From the NCBI GenBank assembly GCA_045106415.1, contig JBGCEP010000012.1, positions 8,976-72,975 of the forward strand: a stretch of 64,000 nt of DNA. Reading direction: 5' to 3'. Position numbers and translations under genes: made by a program. Shown piece after piece: positions 61,207 to 64,000 of the stretch (the first letter of the stretch is position 1; the number at the start of each line of letters is the position of its first letter). A model generated the notes under the pieces. That model was not told the origin of the DNA. It did no database searches and saw nothing but the letters and a program-made list of their open reading frames with translations. Source of the stretch: Oligoflexales bacterium. Its GTDB lineage: Bacteria > Bdellovibrionota_B > Oligoflexia > Oligoflexales > Bog-1112.

Positions 61207-61424
61207 ATTTGTCTCCAAATTCGAACAATCAACATACACAAACCAGCAAAAACACAACCTATAGCCCCAAGCCATGTCATGGCCTCTGCCGCAGCTCGAA
61301 AGAGGCTTTCAACAGGTAAAAATAATAAAAAGCTTCCAGGAAAAACTACAAACAAAGCGCTTAGTGCTGAAAATTTTACTAGCCAAGAATTGTTTTTAGG
61401 TTTATCTGTTGGTTGAATTGACAT
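61194..61424 (-). CDS. Small membrane protein
   Basis: Two hydrophobic segments; stop overlaps the helicase start. Confidence 0.55.
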   Translation of the reverse strand: MSIQPTDKPKNNSWLVKFSALSALFVVFPGSFLLFLPVESLFRAAAEAMTWLGAIGCVFAGLCMLIVRIWRQIWPR

Positions 61425-61528
61425 GATTTTTTATACTTTCATCATAGAGAGAACACCTCTCTTATCAAGCAAAGAGGATACACTGGGTCTTCTCTTTTCA
61501 CCAGAATCATCTTTAAAGGGATCTTATT

Positions 61529-62098
61529 GTGTTTAAAATTTTGACTGCAATCACCATTTTCATAGCAGAACCAATGTATTCACAATCAAAACTTGTGCTG
61601 GGGCAAGAACCAAGTTCAATTGTTTTAGCCGCTGGGAACGGAGGGGTCTTAAAAAATGACCATTGGAATATGTGGAGTTCTACAGAAGGTCTTAAAGGAA
61701 AAGTTCATGTAGTACTCTACGTTGCTCCATCTAAAAAGTCCCTCAATCAACATATCGTCGACAAACTCAAAGAGAAGAAATATCCTTTAGATAAAATTCA
61801 AACACTTGTCATTGTTAATACAGCACCTTCATGGTGGCCTGAAAGTATTCTTGACACTAAAATTCGTAGCAATCAAAAAGAATCCCCTCGTGCTATCTAC
61901 CTTAAAGACACTCAGCACACGATAGCAAAAGCATGGGGCCTAGAAGAGAGCTCTCATGATATTTTCGTATTCAACGAACAAGGTAAGACAATTTTCACTG
62001 GTTATGGCGCTTTTTCTAATCATTTAGAAGAACAATTTTTTTCTCTTCTCGATCACCATGCCTCAGCGAAGACGGGCGGCACTCCTCCAAAAAGCTAA
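61529..62098 (+). CDS. YtfJ-family thioredoxin-like exported protein
   Basis: WSS...KGKVHVV.Y, IVN, AWGL. Confidence 0.7.
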   Translation: MFKILTAITIFIAEPMYSQSKLVLGQEPSSIVLAAGNGGVLKNDHWNMWSSTEGLKGKVHVVLYVAPSKKSLNQHIVDKLKEKKYPLDKIQTLVIVNTAPSWWPESILDTKIRSNQKESPRAIYLKDTQHTIAKAWGLEESSHDIFVFNEQGKTIFTGYGAFSNHLEEQFFSLLDHHASAKTGGTPPKS

Positions 62099-62407
62099 GC
62101 TCATACACACAATCTGGAACATGACGTAGCACAAGCCCAAAAACATTAACATCGCTATAAAGCTCACAATACCAAAAACCAGTATTGGCGTTACAATCAT
62201 CGCCAATATTTTCTCATACCACTGTAACCCACGAAAACGATTTGGACCGACCCGGCGAGCTCTTCGACGTGATGATTCATGATCAATATAAATATAAGAC
62301 ACAGCAGACCTCCTTATTAAGTAAGATAAGTCTTCATAACCAAATAGCAAGAAGTCGCAAAAAGCTCGCCTCCTTTTCCTCCACGGGTTAAGGTGAAAGT
62401 CACTCAT
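62063..62407 (-). CDS. Hypothetical membrane protein
   Basis: 114-aa ORF with a long C-terminal hydrophobic segment. Confidence 0.45.
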   Translation of the reverse strand: MSDFHLNPWRKRRRAFCDFLLFGYEDLSYLIRRSAVSYIYIDHESSRRRARRVGPNRFRGLQWYEKILAMIVTPILVFGIVSFIAMLMFLGLCYVMFQIVCMSLAFWRSAARLR

Positions 62408-62425
62408 TTCACAGGAGTCTTTTTT

Positions 62426-63223
62426 ATGTACCCATTTCTACTTGGCCTTGTTCAAGGTATCGCAGAATTTCTACCAATCTCAAGCTCAGCTCACCTTATT
62501 ATCACTTCTTGGTGGATGGAAGGTGAAGCCTTAAGTTTACCTCTCAATGTCTCACTTCACATGGGGACTCTCTTTGCAGTTCTTTTCTACTTTCGTCAAG
62601 ATTGGTTTGATCTATTCACAGGAGCTTGCAAAGATCTATACCAAAGGAAAAAAATTCAAGACTCTTTACACCTAAAAAAATGGACAATTCTCATACTTGC
62701 ATCCCTTCCTGCAGGTATCATCGGGCTCACAGCTAAAGATGCTATAGAACATCATTTTCACAATCCCCTAAGTACTGCACTCCCTCTTTTCATTGTCGGA
62801 CTTCTACTTTGGTGGTTTGATCATAAAAGCAGCCAAACTAAAAACATCGATCAAATTTCAATTAAAGAAGGAGTTCTTATCGGGTGCGCTCAAGCCTGTG
62901 CTCTTATTCCTGGAGTTTCACGCAGTGGCGCCACAATACTCACAGCAAGAATCTTAAAAATAAATCGCACAGACGCTGCTCGTTTTTCTTTTTTATTAGG
63001 AACTCCAGCAATGGGTGGTGCAGCTCTTTTACACGCACCTGATATTTTATCAAGTTTGCACAACCCAATATTTCAAATCGGCATCACAACTTCTTGCCTG
63101 GTAGGATGTTTCACCATTCATTTTCTTCTTAAATGGATTAAGCAAGCTGGATTTGGAATTTTCGCGATTTATCGTTGTTTACTAGCTTCTGTTATTTTAT
63201 ACCTTTATTTTCCATCATTTTAA
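62426..63223 (+). CDS. uppP: Undecaprenyl-diphosphate phosphatase
   Basis: GLVQGIAEFLPISSSAH, HMGT, ALIPGVSRSGATI, ARFSFLL; AGGAG RBS. Confidence 0.96.
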   Translation: MYPFLLGLVQGIAEFLPISSSAHLIITSWWMEGEALSLPLNVSLHMGTLFAVLFYFRQDWFDLFTGACKDLYQRKKIQDSLHLKKWTILILASLPAGIIGLTAKDAIEHHFHNPLSTALPLFIVGLLLWWFDHKSSQTKNIDQISIKEGVLIGCAQACALIPGVSRSGATILTARILKINRTDAARFSFLLGTPAMGGAALLHAPDILSSLHNPIFQIGITTSCLVGCFTIHFLLKWIKQAGFGIFAIYRCLLASVILYLYFPSF

Positions 63224-63309
63224 CCCCATTCACCATTTTTTCTTTGATACACACATCATGAAATCTATTATTATAAATAAGTTGTTTTGATTTTCCTGCA
63301 ATCATCTTA

Positions 63310-64000
63310 TATAGCATTGGCTACATTTATTTACTCAACATCTTCATAGCCGCACAAACAGCATCATAAATAGAGTCACATCCATTTCTGAGAATTTTTC
63401 GTATTTTTGTTTTAACTTGATGCCACTTGTGTTCGATAGGATTGAGATCTGGACTATATGGGAGAAGATATAGAACTTCTGCCTCATACTCTTGAGCTAT
63501 TTGAACTATATCTGAGGACTTATGAAATGAAGCATTATCAAGCACAATAACTGTATTTCCATCCAAATGTCGGCTTAAAATCTTCTCAAGATACGCATTG
63601 AAAACCTTTGCTGTACAACTTCCTTTAAATACAAATGAAGCAATAATTTCGTTATAGTTGTTGAGTGATCCAATGACATTAACAGCTTTATGTTGTAAAC
63701 TTTCTTTTAAACCATGGATCCTGGAACTTTTATGACTCCATCCATGTTGACAGAATTCATTTTTCTTAACGCCACACTCATCGAGATAAATAATGTTTTT
63801 ATCACTTTTATTATTTATTTCCTTTTGAAAGTCACTCCGATTTTTATCGCAGAGATTTTTGTATCCAAATGTTTTTTTTATTTGTAAAACCGATAATCCG
63901 CAAGTATCGACGAATACTCCGTGGAGAAATATCCCCCCAATCTTAAGCCATTTCTTCGGAACTTCTATCAGGTTTTTCTTCTACAAATTTTCTAAATTTT
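63310..64000 (-). mobile_element. IS630-family insertion sequence (5' part off the window); two ORFs joined by a frameshift
   Basis: ORF2 (63327-63879): IIYLDECG, IVLDNASFHK, PYSPDLNPIE; junction GFTNKK/KKT at an A8 run (63872-63879); TA-containing end near 63310. Confidence 0.9.

Overview
Bacterial chromosome segment, most likely from a Bdellovibrionota/Oligoflexia-like or other deltaproteobacterial-type lineage. This is inferred from a Glt gliding-type operon, a VKOR-DsbA fusion, PilZ/CheV proteins and lineage-typical exported proteins. Most of the window is housekeeping: ClpX-like ATPase, fabD-rpmF, yceD, rpsB-tsf-pyrH-frr, rlmD-dapC-dapD, rsmA-tsaD, DEAD-box helicase, rsgA, plsB, ctpA, lipB, folE, uppP and tRNA-Ala(GGC). 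An AT-richer accessory stretch (about 11.6-26.6 kb) holds decayed IS607/TnpB relics missed by the ORF track, a sigma54 activator, GT4 plus WcaJ, a five-gene Glt-like operon, a K+ channel with an altered AVGYG filter and an atypical P450. The best candidates for undescribed biology are three unannotated structured non-coding RNAs (upstream of plsB, at 2.8 kb, and upstream of rpmF), an XPB-Bax1(DUF790)-type helicase-nuclease pair, a catalytically dead EEP-fold lipoprotein and a secreted papain/NlpC-like protein. An IS630 element is cut by the right edge. No CRISPR array, rRNA, integrase or prophage was seen. All calls come from reading motifs by eye; no searches were run.
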